DNA of 64,000 bases from a bacterium (GTDB taxonomy: Bacteria; Patescibacteriota; CPR2; UBA1875; JAJYID01). Shown piece by piece: positions 9,668-19,929 of the stretch. Each line of letters opens with the position of its first letter. Positions within the stretch are counted from its first letter, which is position 1. The stretch is from the NCBI GenBank assembly GCA_021787535.1, contig JAJYLR010000001.1:301501-365500 (forward strand). Direction: 5' to 3'. The translations under genes and the position numbers were made by a program. Below the pieces are notes generated by a model. It ran no database searches and was not told where the DNA came from. It saw nothing but the letters and a program-made list of their open reading frames with translations.

Positions 9668-9964
9668 CTAGAAAAGATGAAGTTGGCTACCTTGGAAGAC
9701 TTGAGTCGGTTTCCTCATCTGCTGGACAACCTGGCCAAACCTCTTTAAGGTATTCCATACCACACTTTCCCGCAACCGTTCGATTGCATCTATGTCATGG
9801 CCGAAAGATAATTGTTTGGCGATTATGTGACAGATATACCTTTGTTTTTGCTCATCGCCATCGCGAGCCATTGCGACATATGCAGGAACGGCTTTGAAGC
9901 TAACCTCCTTCCGGTAACCGGAGGCGTAAGTTGTTACTTGGTAAAACTTTTGATTTTTTGCCAA
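9668..9964 (-). CDS. hypothetical protein (~98 aa), probable TTG start
   Basis: RBS ggaggtga 5 nt upstream of TTG; terminator downstream. Confidence 0.4.
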   Translation of the reverse strand: MAKNQKFYQVTTYASGYRKEVSFKAVPAYVAMARDGDEQKQRYICHIIAKQLSFGHDIDAIERLRESVVWNTLKRFGQVVQQMRKPTQVFQGSQLHLF

Positions 9965-10074
9965 GATACTCACCTCCACAGAAGGTAGACAGGTACAAAT
10001 TTGCTTTGATAATATCACGAAAGTGATAAATTGTCAATATTTTTCTTATATCAGATTAGAGATATAATTCTTTT

Positions 10075-11805
10075 ATGTCTGAGCAGGTTATAAAACCTAA
10101 ACAACAAAAAAAGAAATGGACTCTGCGCAAAGAGTTTCCTAAAGATTATCTGGAAGGTGCCGATTTTTCAGATCTGGAAAAGCAGCTTCTTTTTAACCGC
10201 GGAATTCGAGACGAAACTGAAGCGGAGGATTTTCTAAACCCAAAATATGAGAGCTTGCACGATCCGTTCCTTATGCTTGGGATGACGGAGGCGGTGAAGC
10301 GGATTAAGGCGGTGAAGCCAAAGGGCGAGAAGGTAGTGATCTATGGCGACTATGACGTGGATGGCATTACTGCTACCGCTATTCTTTATAATGTTTTGAA
10401 CGGCTTGGGCATCAAGACCGACTATTATATCCCAAAGCGGGATAGCGAAGGATATGGGGTAAACCGTGACGCTCTTGATGAAATAGCGGGTCAAGGCGCT
10501 AATCTTGTGATTACCGTCGACTGTGGAGTGACAGCGGTGGATGAAGTGGAATACGCTAAGAAACAGGGATTAGACATTATTATCACCGACCATCACAGTC
10601 TAAGACTTGAAAACGGCAAGGAAATATTGCCAAAGACCATCGTGATTAATCCGAAACAGAAGTCCTGCAAATATCCGTTCAAGGAACTGGCCGGTGCCGG
10701 TATCGCTTTTAAGCTGGCGCAGGCACTCTATAAAGAATTCCCAGACATTTTACAGACTGGGCAGGAAAAGTGGCTTCTGGATCTTGCGGCGCTCGGTACG
10801 GTGTGTGATGTGGTGCCTTTGACCGGCGAGAATCGTATTTTAGCGTACTTTGGCATTAAAGTTCTGGCTAGAACAAGACGGGTTGGACTTCAGAAGCTTA
10901 CAGAAGCCGGGGGAAGCAAACCGGGGGAAGTGGATTCGTATAAAATCGGATTTCAAATAGGACCGCGCTTAAATGCTGCGGGACGGCTGGAAACAGCTGA
11001 GAAATCGATTCAACTTTTGCTCACAGAAGATGAGAATGAGGCCCGAATGCTTTCCCTAGAACTTAACAAGTTAAACGTTGAGCGCCAGGATCTCACTCAG
11101 AAAATACTAGCTGAGGCGATTTCCGAAGTAGAAAAGAAAGGCGAAAAGGCCAAACTATATCTTTTGAAAGGAGAAAACTGGCCATCCGGTGTGGTGGGGA
11201 TAGTAGCTTCCAAACTCACTGAAAGATATTTCAAACCGGTCATAGTCTGTGAAGACATGGGTGAGGAGTGCAAAGGTTCAGCGCGTTCACCGGAATGCTT
11301 CAATATTATCGAGGCGCTGGAAGAAGCATCAGAGTACTTAGTAAGGTATGGCGGACATGCCAGAGCTGCCGGAATAACGGTTAAAAAGGAACATTTTGTC
11401 TTACTTGAAAATAAGCTGCTGGAAATCTCCGATGGTAAAATAAGTGAAGAGGATTTAGTCGGTGAATACATTATTGATACAGATATTCAGTTGGATAAGA
11501 TAAATCGCGAGACATTTGAGTTTATCAAAAAACTTGGGCCTTTTGGCATGGGTAATCCGATGCCGCTTTTTGTATCTCGCGGCGTAAGCATAGATTCTCA
11601 TAAAAAAGTCGGCAAGGAAGGTGAACATATGAAGCTTGTTTTGTCGGACGGGGAGAGTAAAGTAAACGGCATCTATTTCTCATTCACCGGCGATGGCCGC
11701 GATCTAACTCAAAAAATGGATATTCTGTACAGAATCAGTGAAAATGAGTGGGGCGGGCGAAAAAGCTACGAGATGCGTTGTATTGCGCTTAAGGAATCAG
11801 GTTGA
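10075..11805 (+). CDS. recJ: single-stranded-DNA-specific exonuclease RecJ
   Basis: DHH motifs (DYDVDG, ITDHH), DHHA1 GGH, C-terminal OB domain. Confidence 0.9.
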   Translation: MSEQVIKPKQQKKKWTLRKEFPKDYLEGADFSDLEKQLLFNRGIRDETEAEDFLNPKYESLHDPFLMLGMTEAVKRIKAVKPKGEKVVIYGDYDVDGITATAILYNVLNGLGIKTDYYIPKRDSEGYGVNRDALDEIAGQGANLVITVDCGVTAVDEVEYAKKQGLDIIITDHHSLRLENGKEILPKTIVINPKQKSCKYPFKELAGAGIAFKLAQALYKEFPDILQTGQEKWLLDLAALGTVCDVVPLTGENRILAYFGIKVLARTRRVGLQKLTEAGGSKPGEVDSYKIGFQIGPRLNAAGRLETAEKSIQLLLTEDENEARMLSLELNKLNVERQDLTQKILAEAISEVEKKGEKAKLYLLKGENWPSGVVGIVASKLTERYFKPVIVCEDMGEECKGSARSPECFNIIEALEEASEYLVRYGGHARAAGITVKKEHFVLLENKLLEISDGKISEEDLVGEYIIDTDIQLDKINRETFEFIKKLGPFGMGNPMPLFVSRGVSIDSHKKVGKEGEHMKLVLSDGESKVNGIYFSFTGDGRDLTQKMDILYRISENEWGGRKSYEMRCIALKESG

Positions 11806-11838
11806 TTTTTACCTTTTTTTATGCTAATTTAGCCTTAA

Positions 11839-13116
11839 ATGGCTAAAAGGATTTTTCAAAAACCAAGGGGAACAAAAGATATCTGGGGTGATGACCAGAA
11901 GTATTTTAAATATGTGCGAGACATCTTTGAAAATGTAGCCGAAGAAGCGGGATTTTTAAAGATAGACACTCCGGCTATAGAGGATACCAAACTTTTTGTA
12001 CGTGGAGTGGGCAAAGAAACTGATATTGTCTCAAAGGAAATGTATACCTTTAACAGATCGGGAAATTCTTTGACGCTTCGTCCTGAGGGTACAGCTCCAA
12101 TTGTCAGGGCCTACCTTGAAGATGGCATGCAGAGCTTACCTCAGCCGGTGAGCTTGTACTATTTTAGCAATTTTTTCCGTTATGAAAGGCCTCAGGCGGG
12201 CAGGTATCGTGAATTTTGGCAATTTGGCCTCGAAGTTCTGGGTGATAAAAGCCCGCTTGTTGATGCAAATGTTATCGCTACCGCGTCAAGGATTTACAAA
12301 AAGTTGAATATCAAAGACATTAGCATTCAGGTAAACTCTATGGGATGTCCAACCTGCCGGCCAAAATATATGAAACTGCTTAAGAAATTTTATTCCGGCA
12401 AAGTGACGAAGCTATGCGCGGACTGTAAAAAACGCTATAAAACGAATCCTCTGCGGCTTTTGGACTGCAAAAATGAGAAGTGTCTGGCTCTTCAAAATGA
12501 AGCCCCGCAGATTATCAACAACCTTTGCAGCGCTTGCCATGATCACTTCAAAACAGTACTTGAGTATGTAGATGAGTTGGATATTCTTTATGAGCTTAAT
12601 CCTAAAGTAGTTCGCGGTTTTGACTATTACACTGGCACGGTCTTTGAGATATGGAATGCTAGCGATGGAGCGCAAAATTCGCTTGGCGGCGGAGGCAGAT
12701 ATGATGAGCTTATTCAAACTCTTGGCGGTCCCAGTATACCGGCTATGGGATTTGGCGGAGGAGTAGAGCGCACTATTGAGGAAATGAAAAAAGAAGAGTT
12801 AAATCTTGACTTCCCTAAAAATGTGAACATTTTTGTTGCTCAGCTTGGCAGTAAAGCCAGGAAAAAATGTTTCAAACTGCTGAATGATCTTTTAGACGCT
12901 GGTATTGGAGCCGAGGCAAGATTTGACAAAGGCGGAATAGGAGATCAGCTGAAAACCGCTTCAAAACTAGGAGTTGAATATACTCTTTTAATCGGACAAA
13001 GAGAAGCTTTCGACGGAACGGTTATTATAAAAGATATGGCATCTGGAAATCAGGAAGTTTTTCCGTATGAAAAAGTGATAAAAGTTATTTCAAAAAGGCT
13101 TAATAAAAATAGCTAG
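11839..13116 (+). CDS. hisS: histidyl-tRNA synthetase (class II) with a Cys-rich insertion
   Basis: Motif 2 FRYERPQ; GGGGRYD; four CxxC pairs in an inserted segment. Confidence 0.9.
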   Translation: MAKRIFQKPRGTKDIWGDDQKYFKYVRDIFENVAEEAGFLKIDTPAIEDTKLFVRGVGKETDIVSKEMYTFNRSGNSLTLRPEGTAPIVRAYLEDGMQSLPQPVSLYYFSNFFRYERPQAGRYREFWQFGLEVLGDKSPLVDANVIATASRIYKKLNIKDISIQVNSMGCPTCRPKYMKLLKKFYSGKVTKLCADCKKRYKTNPLRLLDCKNEKCLALQNEAPQIINNLCSACHDHFKTVLEYVDELDILYELNPKVVRGFDYYTGTVFEIWNASDGAQNSLGGGGRYDELIQTLGGPSIPAMGFGGGVERTIEEMKKEELNLDFPKNVNIFVAQLGSKARKKCFKLLNDLLDAGIGAEARFDKGGIGDQLKTASKLGVEYTLLIGQREAFDGTVIIKDMASGNQEVFPYEKVIKVISKRLNKNS

Positions 13117-13123
13117 GGACTCT

Positions 13124-14416
13124 ATGAACCAAAAAGAAAAGCTTATGAAAGGCGTGTTTTTCATTACGCTCGGATGCCGGCTCAATCAGGCGGAAACAAA
13201 TATGCTCAAAAATAATGCTCTTGAACGCGGATTTAGAATTGCTCAATCAGAGAGTACTGCGGATATTTTCATTATAAATTCATGCTCGGTTACCGATAAG
13301 GCGCAAAGAGAGACAAATAAACTTCTCAAAAATCTAACGGCCAAATATCCGGAGAAAAAAGCGGTCATAACCGGATGCGGAGCGCATGATGAACACAAAA
13401 AGTATGCATTTGTTGTAAGTAATGAAGATAAGAACAGGTTGTTCTCGTTATTATCACAACAATCCACGAAGCGTTGTCTTAAACCTTTTTCTCGTCATTC
13501 TGAACAAAGTGAAGAATCTCAGAGATCCTTCGTCGTTCCTCCTCAGGATGACGAAATATGTGGCAGAACGCGCCTCATGGTCAAGGTGCAGGAAGGGTGT
13601 AATAACTTCTGTGCATACTGTATCGTTCCTTATTTGCGCGGCAGGGAATATAGCTATGAACCCGAAAGAATAATCAGTGATCTTAAAAAAGCAGAAGAAG
13701 ATGGCTATAACGAGATAGTTTTATGCGGAGTAAATGTTGGCAAGTATGAGTATCACGATGTAAAATTGGCCGGTTTAATTCAAGAAATTCTTGTAAGAAC
13801 AGAAATCCCGCGTATACGCTTAAGTTCGATTAATCCCGATGATTTTTCAGACGATTTGATTGATTTGTGGGTAAAAAATGACCGTTTGTGTCCGCATTTC
13901 CATATCTCTCTTCAGAGCGGCTCGAATAGCGTTTTAAAACGCATGGGCAGAAGGTATAATACCAAGCAGTATGCTGAACTGGTTGCCAAAATTAGAAAGC
14001 GTGTTCCTGACGTACAAATTACAACTGATGTTATTGTCGGTTTTCCGGGTGAAACAGAAGGGGAATTTGCCGAAACAGTTGCGTTTGTGAAAAAAATAAA
14101 GTTTCTGAAAGTACATGTTTTCCGCTATTCTCCTCGTGAAGGCACAAGGGCTGCCGATATGGATGGCCAAATCAGCGAAAAAATTAAAAAGGAAAGAGCT
14201 GTAAAACTGCAAAAAATCGAGTCAGATGTGAGGCAGAGAACTTTACTAAACTACATTAGTAAAGAAGTCGAGGTACTATTTGAACAGGAGAAAAATGGCT
14301 ATTATTCTGGCTTTACCAAAAACTACATTAAAGTTTTGAAAGCAAGCAAAAAGGACCTGACGAATCAGATTACAAAGGTTACAATTAAAGCGCTGGACGA
14401 GAATCTAGTTGTTTAG
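13124..14416 (+). CDS. MiaB/MtaB-family radical-SAM tRNA methylthiotransferase
   Basis: N-terminal MTTase domain, CNNFCAYC radical-SAM motif, C-terminal TRAM-like region. Confidence 0.85.
   Translation: MNQKEKLMKGVFFITLGCRLNQAETNMLKNNALERGFRIAQSESTADIFIINSCSVTDKAQRETNKLLKNLTAKYPEKKAVITGCGAHDEHKKYAFVVSNEDKNRLFSLLSQQSTKRCLKPFSRHSEQSEESQRSFVVPPQDDEICGRTRLMVKVQEGCNNFCAYCIVPYLRGREYSYEPERIISDLKKAEEDGYNEIVLCGVNVGKYEYHDVKLAGLIQEILVRTEIPRIRLSSINPDDFSDDLIDLWVKNDRLCPHFHISLQSGSNSVLKRMGRRYNTKQYAELVAKIRKRVPDVQITTDVIVGFPGETEGEFAETVAFVKKIKFLKVHVFRYSPREGTRAADMDGQISEKIKKERAVKLQKIESDVRQRTLLNYISKEVEVLFEQEKNGYYSGFTKNYIKVLKASKKDLTNQITKVTIKALDENLVV
13493..13556 (+). repeat. degenerate MITE-like element in frame in the mtaB-like gene
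   Basis: tcgtcattctga...tcaggatgacgaaa inverted termini; encodes SRHSEQSEESQRSFVVPPQDDEI in the domain linker. Confidence 0.4.
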
Positions 14417-14424
14417 GTATTATA

Positions 14425-15045
14425 ATGAGCAATGAAATCTATATAGTTAGGCACGGACAGGATGAAGATAATGCGCACGGGATATTAAATGGCCATAGGG
14501 ACACACCTTTAACTAAAGTTGGTTCAAAACAAGCTCGTGAAATTGCAACAAAGATAGAAAAGGCCCGGATAGTCTTTGATATTATTTTGTCATCTCCCTT
14601 GAAAAGGGTATATTCTACCGCTCAAGCAATTGCAGAAAATCAAAGTGCCAAAATCGAAATTGAACCGCTTTTGATTGAAAGGGATTTTGGTGTAATGACT
14701 GGAAAACCGCTTGCTTCAATTATCGAACTTTGTAGTCCTGACGTTTTAGAAACTGAGCATATAAACTATTTTCTTTGCCCTGAGGGGGCAGAAACCTTTC
14801 CTGATCTTGTGAAAAGGGGTGAGAAACTACTTGCCGAGCTTAAGAAAAAATACAATGACAAAAAGATACTATTGGTAACTCATGGAGATATAGGCAAGAT
14901 GATTTATGCGGCTTACTCTAAAAAAGAATGGAGAAGTGTCTTAAGAGATTTTCACTTTGGGAATTCGGAAATGCTTATTTTATCTACAGAATATAGGAGA
15001 AATCCCCACATATTTAAGATAAAGCAATTTAACAAATCTAAATAA
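14425..15045 (+). CDS. histidine phosphatase (phosphoglycerate mutase) family protein
   Basis: IYIVRHGQ RHG motif; 206 aa. Confidence 0.8.
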   Translation: MSNEIYIVRHGQDEDNAHGILNGHRDTPLTKVGSKQAREIATKIEKARIVFDIILSSPLKRVYSTAQAIAENQSAKIEIEPLLIERDFGVMTGKPLASIIELCSPDVLETEHINYFLCPEGAETFPDLVKRGEKLLAELKKKYNDKKILLVTHGDIGKMIYAAYSKKEWRSVLRDFHFGNSEMLILSTEYRRNPHIFKIKQFNKSK

Positions 15046-15147
15046 ACTAAAAACCACTTTTCAGCAGTTACTAAGTGATGTTTTACTTTGGTGTAGAGCA
15101 TGTTAAGTTTATTTCTTATTCTGTTTTTCTAATATTAAAAAGGAAAA

Positions 15148-15203
15148 GCGACCCGTTTAAAACTTGCAGTGGCAAGTTGGGTCGCTAGTGTTTCCGATTT
15201 TTG
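15148..15203. terminator. bidirectional terminator hairpin
   Basis: gcgaccc...gggtcgc with T-runs on both sides. Confidence 0.55.
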
Positions 15204-15274
15204 GTTCTTTACATCATGCCGGCTTGTTTCAAGCTAGCGATAGTACTGTTTAGCTCTTCCTGAGTTGACTTGCA

Positions 15275-15400
15275 TCAGTCAAGGGAGGTCACACCTTTTT
15301 TGACTGCCATGACAAATTTGTGTCCGGCTTCCAGGTCACCATCTTGGCGCAGTTTCTTGAGATTCCCTATCGCTTCCTTTGTCGGCAGGTGCTGTGACAT
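15275..15400 (-). CDS. possible small protein (41 aa); absent from the ORF track
   Basis: RBS gagagg upstream of ATG; MSQHLPTKEAIGNLKKLRQDGDLEAGHKFVMAVKKGVTSLD. Confidence 0.3.
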   Translation of the reverse strand: MSQHLPTKEAIGNLKKLRQDGDLEAGHKFVMAVKKGVTSLD

Positions 15401-15579
15401 CAAAACCTCTCTTTCAAGTCCAATAAAAACCCAAAATTCGGATGCTTAATATAACACGGAAACATAAGTTTATCAACAAATTAAAATTGAAATTTATTCC
15501 TTATCGTTGTAAAATAAGTTTTCTTATGGTTTGGCCATAAAGTATTCTTTGTAAACAAAATCAGGAAAAGGAGCTTTCG

Positions 15580-16278
15580 ATGGACTTGAGCGCAACACAG
15601 GATTTTTTAGTTAACTGGGGCTGGTTTATCGTGTTTCTTGGTCTCACTTTCCCGATAATCATCGGTTTGTTGGTTGTTAATTTCCTTACTGAGCGTACCA
15701 AAATCGCTAAATGGAAAATTTCTGAATTTTTCGGCAGGTTTTACTTCTGGGCGCTGACTCCCTTAATTGCCTTAGCTGCGTCTCTAGTCTTCATAGCATC
15801 TTGGAAGCTGCTGACCCTGCTCTATCTAGTGATCATAGTTGGCTTAATACTGATAGCAAGGTTACAGTGGAAATGTGCGAAAGAAGGGAAAGAAATAGGT
15901 AAAAAATATCGAGAAATACTATCCGATTACATACTAGCTATAAGGGAATTAGTAAATTTACTCGAAAATATGTCCAAGATCGCCGAGATGACCAATCCGA
16001 TTTATCGGGTAATTTGCCAGGAAACAAGGGATCATGTGACCGGGAAAGTGCAGTACATTCTTCTTGAAAGCAGTAAGTCTCTGGTCTTTCTTGCAAAACA
16101 TCAATCATGGGGTCTTTCAAGAGCCCTGGATGCAGATCCCTCTCGGATGGATATGATTAGAATGACTGAGGAAGCAAAGGCGCTGTCAAAACAAATCAAA
16201 CAATTAAGGAAACTTGCTGACGAGGTGGGGAAACTAACCCCATTGAGGGTTACTTCAAAGCTCAGAGCTGTTTCCTGA
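15580..16278 (+). CDS. hypothetical membrane protein (232 aa)
   Basis: Three N-terminal TM helices; RBS aaaggag. Confidence 0.6.
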   Translation: MDLSATQDFLVNWGWFIVFLGLTFPIIIGLLVVNFLTERTKIAKWKISEFFGRFYFWALTPLIALAASLVFIASWKLLTLLYLVIIVGLILIARLQWKCAKEGKEIGKKYREILSDYILAIRELVNLLENMSKIAEMTNPIYRVICQETRDHVTGKVQYILLESSKSLVFLAKHQSWGLSRALDADPSRMDMIRMTEEAKALSKQIKQLRKLADEVGKLTPLRVTSKLRAVS

Positions 16279-16295
16279 TCAATATGTATAACCTG

Positions 16296-16380
16296 TGGCC
16301 CCTCTTTCCGAGGGGCTAATTCTTTACCATGCAGAACAAGAACTGGCCCAACTAAAAACCACCCAAAATGGGTGGTTTTT
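16296..16380. terminator. two terminator hairpins (gcccctc/gaggggc and aaaaaccaccc/gggtggttttt)
   Basis: Both are followed by T-runs; convergent gene ends. Confidence 0.6.
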
Positions 16381-16398
16381 AGTGCCTTTACGGCTATT

Positions 16399-16983
16399 TT
16401 ACCAGAGGATGCCTTGTACCGAGTACCAGGGTCTCCATCCGCGCGTTTTGTAGTATTGGTTATAAGCCAAGTCTACGTTAAACGCAGGATCGAAGATTTT
16501 CGGGCCGTAGGTTTCCAGACCGTGGTGGATCTGAAACAAGCCATAGTCATCGGTTTTGGAAACGGCATTCGGATTACCATGTGATTCTCGCGAGAGAACC
16601 AGCATTGCCTGGTCTACCGGCCAAGGATATTTGGCAACCAGCGGTCTCCACTGCTCAACGTTGTATGAAACGGCTTGGGCAGTTATCTGACCGGCAGCAG
16701 CGGCAGAAGCTTTAGCTTTCTGAGCCGCATCAAGCTCTGCCTGCTTTTTCCTCTCTTCCTCTTGCTGTTTCTGGACCGCAATCTCTTTGAGCATTAGCGT
16801 AGTCTCAGTATTTGCAAGAGTGTCATTTGATTGTTTAGGTTCCGGCGATTCTATAACCGCCTGAATGTTCTGAACTGTTTCTTTTTCTGTTTTAGGAGCG
16901 TTTACAGGTTGAGCTATGACCTGAGTTGCTGTTGTTGCTACTATCGACACTCCTGCGATAATAGCGCTCAATCTGTTAAGCAT
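16399..16983 (-). CDS. secreted lysozyme-like / lytic transglycosylase (SLT) domain protein
   Basis: Signal peptide; ES...DYGLFQI catalytic-region motif. Confidence 0.6.
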   Translation of the reverse strand: MLNRLSAIIAGVSIVATTATQVIAQPVNAPKTEKETVQNIQAVIESPEPKQSNDTLANTETTLMLKEIAVQKQQEEERKKQAELDAAQKAKASAAAAGQITAQAVSYNVEQWRPLVAKYPWPVDQAMLVLSRESHGNPNAVSKTDDYGLFQIHHGLETYGPKIFDPAFNVDLAYNQYYKTRGWRPWYSVQGILW

Positions 16984-17224
16984 TTGGTATTTCTACCTAC
17001 CTTTCTACCCTCACTCCTTTCCTGTGTTATCTTTAATAAAAGTTCCCGATTTCTCAGGAACGCGGGTAATTATAGCACAAGCACATTTGCTTGTCAATAC
17101 TTTTTTTAAGAAAATCTAGAATTTATCAAGGACCGCCAGTTAGAATTAGCTTGTCTGGTATTTTGGCCTCAGTTTAGAATCTATGATAAATAGCTGTTAT
17201 TTTTCTACTTTTTTAGAAAAAGTA

Positions 17225-17400
17225 GAGTAAAAATCGCGGCTTAGGCGGTCTCTCAAAGTATCGGATTACGGATCGTTTACCTTTGAAAAACCACGACTCC
17301 TTCCAGTCGGCCTAAAGGCAAGTGGTCTTTTCAAAGAGTTCTCTCGCCTAATCCTCTCTTTTCGATCCGATAGCCGCACATGGAGACTTAGTGATGTTGG
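17225..17400 (+). ncRNA. candidate structured RNA or 5' leader upstream of the HIT gene
   Basis: Nested complementary segments: ctttgaaaaacc/ggtcttttcaaag, cgact/agtcg, gcct/aggc, tatcggat...atccgata. Confidence 0.3.
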
Positions 17401-17484
17401 AATTTGAAAATTGATTGAGTCTTGAAACTTGAACATTGAAAATTGCCAATAGCTTGATATAAAATCAAACTAAAGGAGTTAGTT

Positions 17485-17850
17485 ATGGTAAAGGAAGAAT
17501 TAAATAAAGTCAGAGTCGATGATTGTGTGTTTTGCCAGATCGCGGATGGGAAAATCCCGGCAACGTATCTGTATCAGGACGATGACCTGATGATTATTGA
17601 AAATATTAATCCTGTTGCTAAGGTTCATGTGCTTGTGATTCCGAAAAACCACATTGTTTTTAACGAAATTGCAGATTCAGAAGCATTTCTCGGTAGATTA
17701 CTTTTGAATGCCAGACGGGCAGCGGAAATAAAAGGCATCAAAGATTCGGGTTACAGAATTATTATAAATACCGGCAAAGATGCAATGGCCGATTTTGAGC
17801 ATCTTCATCTGCATGTTCTCGGAGGGGAAAAATTATTAGATCATTTATGA
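17485..17850 (+). CDS. HIT (histidine triad) family protein
   Basis: HLHLHVLGG histidine triad. Confidence 0.9.
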   Translation: MVKEELNKVRVDDCVFCQIADGKIPATYLYQDDDLMIIENINPVAKVHVLVIPKNHIVFNEIADSEAFLGRLLLNARRAAEIKGIKDSGYRIIINTGKDAMADFEHLHLHVLGGEKLLDHL

Positions 17851-17861
17851 CCTAATAATTT

Positions 17862-17895
17862 AAAATCCGAAATTCTAAATCCGAAATCCGAAACA
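17862..17895 (+). repeat. short direct repeats (aaatccgaaat, three copies)
   Basis: The reverse-complement motif gattcggatttc also occurs at 6958-6970. Confidence 0.4.
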
Positions 17896-18071
17896 ATATC
17901 AAAATTAAAATGCTCTAAATCCAAAACGTTTGAAGATTTATTATTGCAGATTTGTTTAGAATTTAGTGCTTAGAGTTTGGCTGAAAATTCATGCTTGTTT
18001 AAGGTCTCATTTTGTGTTACAATGAAGCCCTAAATCAACAAAAACAAGACACACGAAGGAGGTGATAACTT

Positions 18072-18284
18072 TTGCAGACTGTCATCAGAAAAGACAAAGA
18101 GACTTTTGAAAATCTAATGCGGAGATTTAACCGCAAAGTCTTGCAAAGCGGCACGCTGACAACGGCCAGAAAAAAACAATATCATGCGAGAGCGCTTTCC
18201 AAAAGAGAACAGCGCGAGATTGCAATTCGCAAAAAAGCTCGGAAAGATTACAAAATCAAACAGCAGCTATATAAAGGATTGTAG
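18072..18284 (+). CDS. rpsU: 30S ribosomal protein S21
   Basis: TTG start after aaggaggtga; basic 70-aa protein with an S21 signature. Confidence 0.9.
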   Translation: MQTVIRKDKETFENLMRRFNRKVLQSGTLTTARKKQYHARALSKREQREIAIRKKARKDYKIKQQLYKGL

Positions 18285-18380
18285 GAAGTGTAGGAATTGA
18301 TGGAAATGTGGAAGGTGTCGGAGATGAAGAACGAACATTTATAACAAGCGAAGCGATCCATCATTCCTAACAATTGTAGA

Positions 18381-18827
18381 ATGAGTATAGTCGAACAAAT
18401 AGATAATGATCTAAAGCAGGCACTCAAGGAGCAAAGACATGATGAGTTGTCTGTTTTAAGGATGCTAAAAACCGCTCTCAAAAATGCAGAGATTGCCACA
18501 AAAGGTGACTTGAGCAATGACGCAGCCATGAAGGTTCTAAACACTCAGGCCAAACAGCGCAGGGATGCCATTTCCCAGTTTGAAAAGGGCGGACGCAGCG
18601 ACTTGGCAGAGAAAGAAAAGAAAGAACTGGAAATTATTGAGTCTTATTTACCGGAGAAAATGGGAGAGGATGAGATTCGAAAAATAGTACAGGCGAAAAT
18701 CAGCGAAGTCGGCGCTTCGAACTTCGGTCAGGTTATGGGCGCGGTTATGAAAGAAGCGGGGACGAGCGCTGATGGGCAAGTAGTGCGAAAGATTGTTCAA
18801 GAAGAGCTAGATAAAGCTAAACTATGA
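18381..18827 (+). CDS. yqeY: GatB/YqeY domain protein
   Basis: YqeY family; conserved rpsU-yqeY linkage. Confidence 0.85.
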   Translation: MSIVEQIDNDLKQALKEQRHDELSVLRMLKTALKNAEIATKGDLSNDAAMKVLNTQAKQRRDAISQFEKGGRSDLAEKEKKELEIIESYLPEKMGEDEIRKIVQAKISEVGASNFGQVMGAVMKEAGTSADGQVVRKIVQEELDKAKL

Positions 18828-19267
18828 GCCATTTAAACATAGTAGTTGGAAAATATAGAAAAAGCGGCCTCAAAAGATCAGATATAGAAAAAGCTGTTGA
18901 GGCCGTTTTTAATGAAACAGGAAAAGAAAAAGATATTAACATTGCCTTTGTCCCTGCAAACGGGATTTGGGAAGCTAATCAGTTTTACCGTTTTAAAAAC
19001 CATCCCACTGATGTTCTTGCTTTTGATTATGGAGATGAAGGCGATCTTTTACTGTGCCTTGAATGGATTGAGATTTTAAAGGAGTCTGATGAAAACTTGG
19101 CTGAGGCAACCTTAATAACGATTATTCATGGAGTACTGCATTTGCTTGGATTTGATCATGAAACTGAAAAAGATCGTGCTATAATGAGGAGGTTAGAAGA
19201 AAAAATATTTATTAAGGTCATTCCGGCATTTGAACAAAGACCATTAAAGGATAAGAAAACAAAATGA
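18824..19267 (+). CDS. ybeY: rRNA maturation endoribonuclease YbeY
   Basis: HGVLHLLGFDH zinc-binding motif. Confidence 0.9.
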   Translation: MSHLNIVVGKYRKSGLKRSDIEKAVEAVFNETGKEKDINIAFVPANGIWEANQFYRFKNHPTDVLAFDYGDEGDLLLCLEWIEILKESDENLAEATLITIIHGVLHLLGFDHETEKDRAIMRRLEEKIFIKVIPAFEQRPLKDKKTK

Positions 19268-19908
19268 GGGACGTGCTTTTGCTTTTTGGCATGCAAGGGT
19301 CGGGTAAAGGAACTCAAGGTGAGAGAATCAAAAAAAGATATGGCGGTTTCACTGATATTATAGTAGGACAGCTTCTTCGGGAAAAGGCGAGAACTGACAA
19401 GAAAATGGAAGTGTTTATGAAAACCGGCAATCTTTTTCCGGATGAGATAGTTGAGAACGTTATTGAAGAGAAAATTGACGCCTTGTCAGCCGAGGAGAAA
19501 ATTTTATTTGATGGATTCCCCCGCTCTGAAAGTCAATTTCTAATATTTGAAAGACTAGCCAGGAAATATCAGTTTCACACGGTCGCGCTCAATATTTTGA
19601 TAAATGAGGAGGAATCTTTAGAGCGTTTGAGAAAAAGATATGTTTGCCCGAAATGCGACTATATGCAGGTCGGCGAAGGAACTTGTCCAAACGACGGAAC
19701 TAAGCTCGAACTTAGATTAGATGATACAAATCCTGAGATAATAAAGCACAGAATATCTATCTTCAAAAAAGATACGCAGCCGATAATCGACCACTTTAAA
19801 GAAAAAGGCGAGCTAACCGAGATTGACGGCATAGGCAGTTTCGATGAGGTGACCGAGAGAATTTTTAAAGTTCTGGATAAATATTATGAGGTTTCAAAGG
19901 TCGCATAA
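19264..19908 (+). CDS. adk: adenylate kinase (Zn-lid type)
   Basis: GSGKGTQ P-loop; CPKC...C..DG lid. Confidence 0.9.
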   Translation: MRDVLLLFGMQGSGKGTQGERIKKRYGGFTDIIVGQLLREKARTDKKMEVFMKTGNLFPDEIVENVIEEKIDALSAEEKILFDGFPRSESQFLIFERLARKYQFHTVALNILINEEESLERLRKRYVCPKCDYMQVGEGTCPNDGTKLELRLDDTNPEIIKHRISIFKKDTQPIIDHFKEKGELTEIDGIGSFDEVTERIFKVLDKYYEVSKVA

Positions 19909-19929
19909 GCCAAATCAAAACCACTCTTT

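Noticed and set aside
17280-17340. SRP (4.5S) RNA call for the structured element upstream of the HIT gene
   Set aside because: Only a GUUUACC fragment matches. The conserved AGCAG/GGAA domain-IV motif is absent on both strands.
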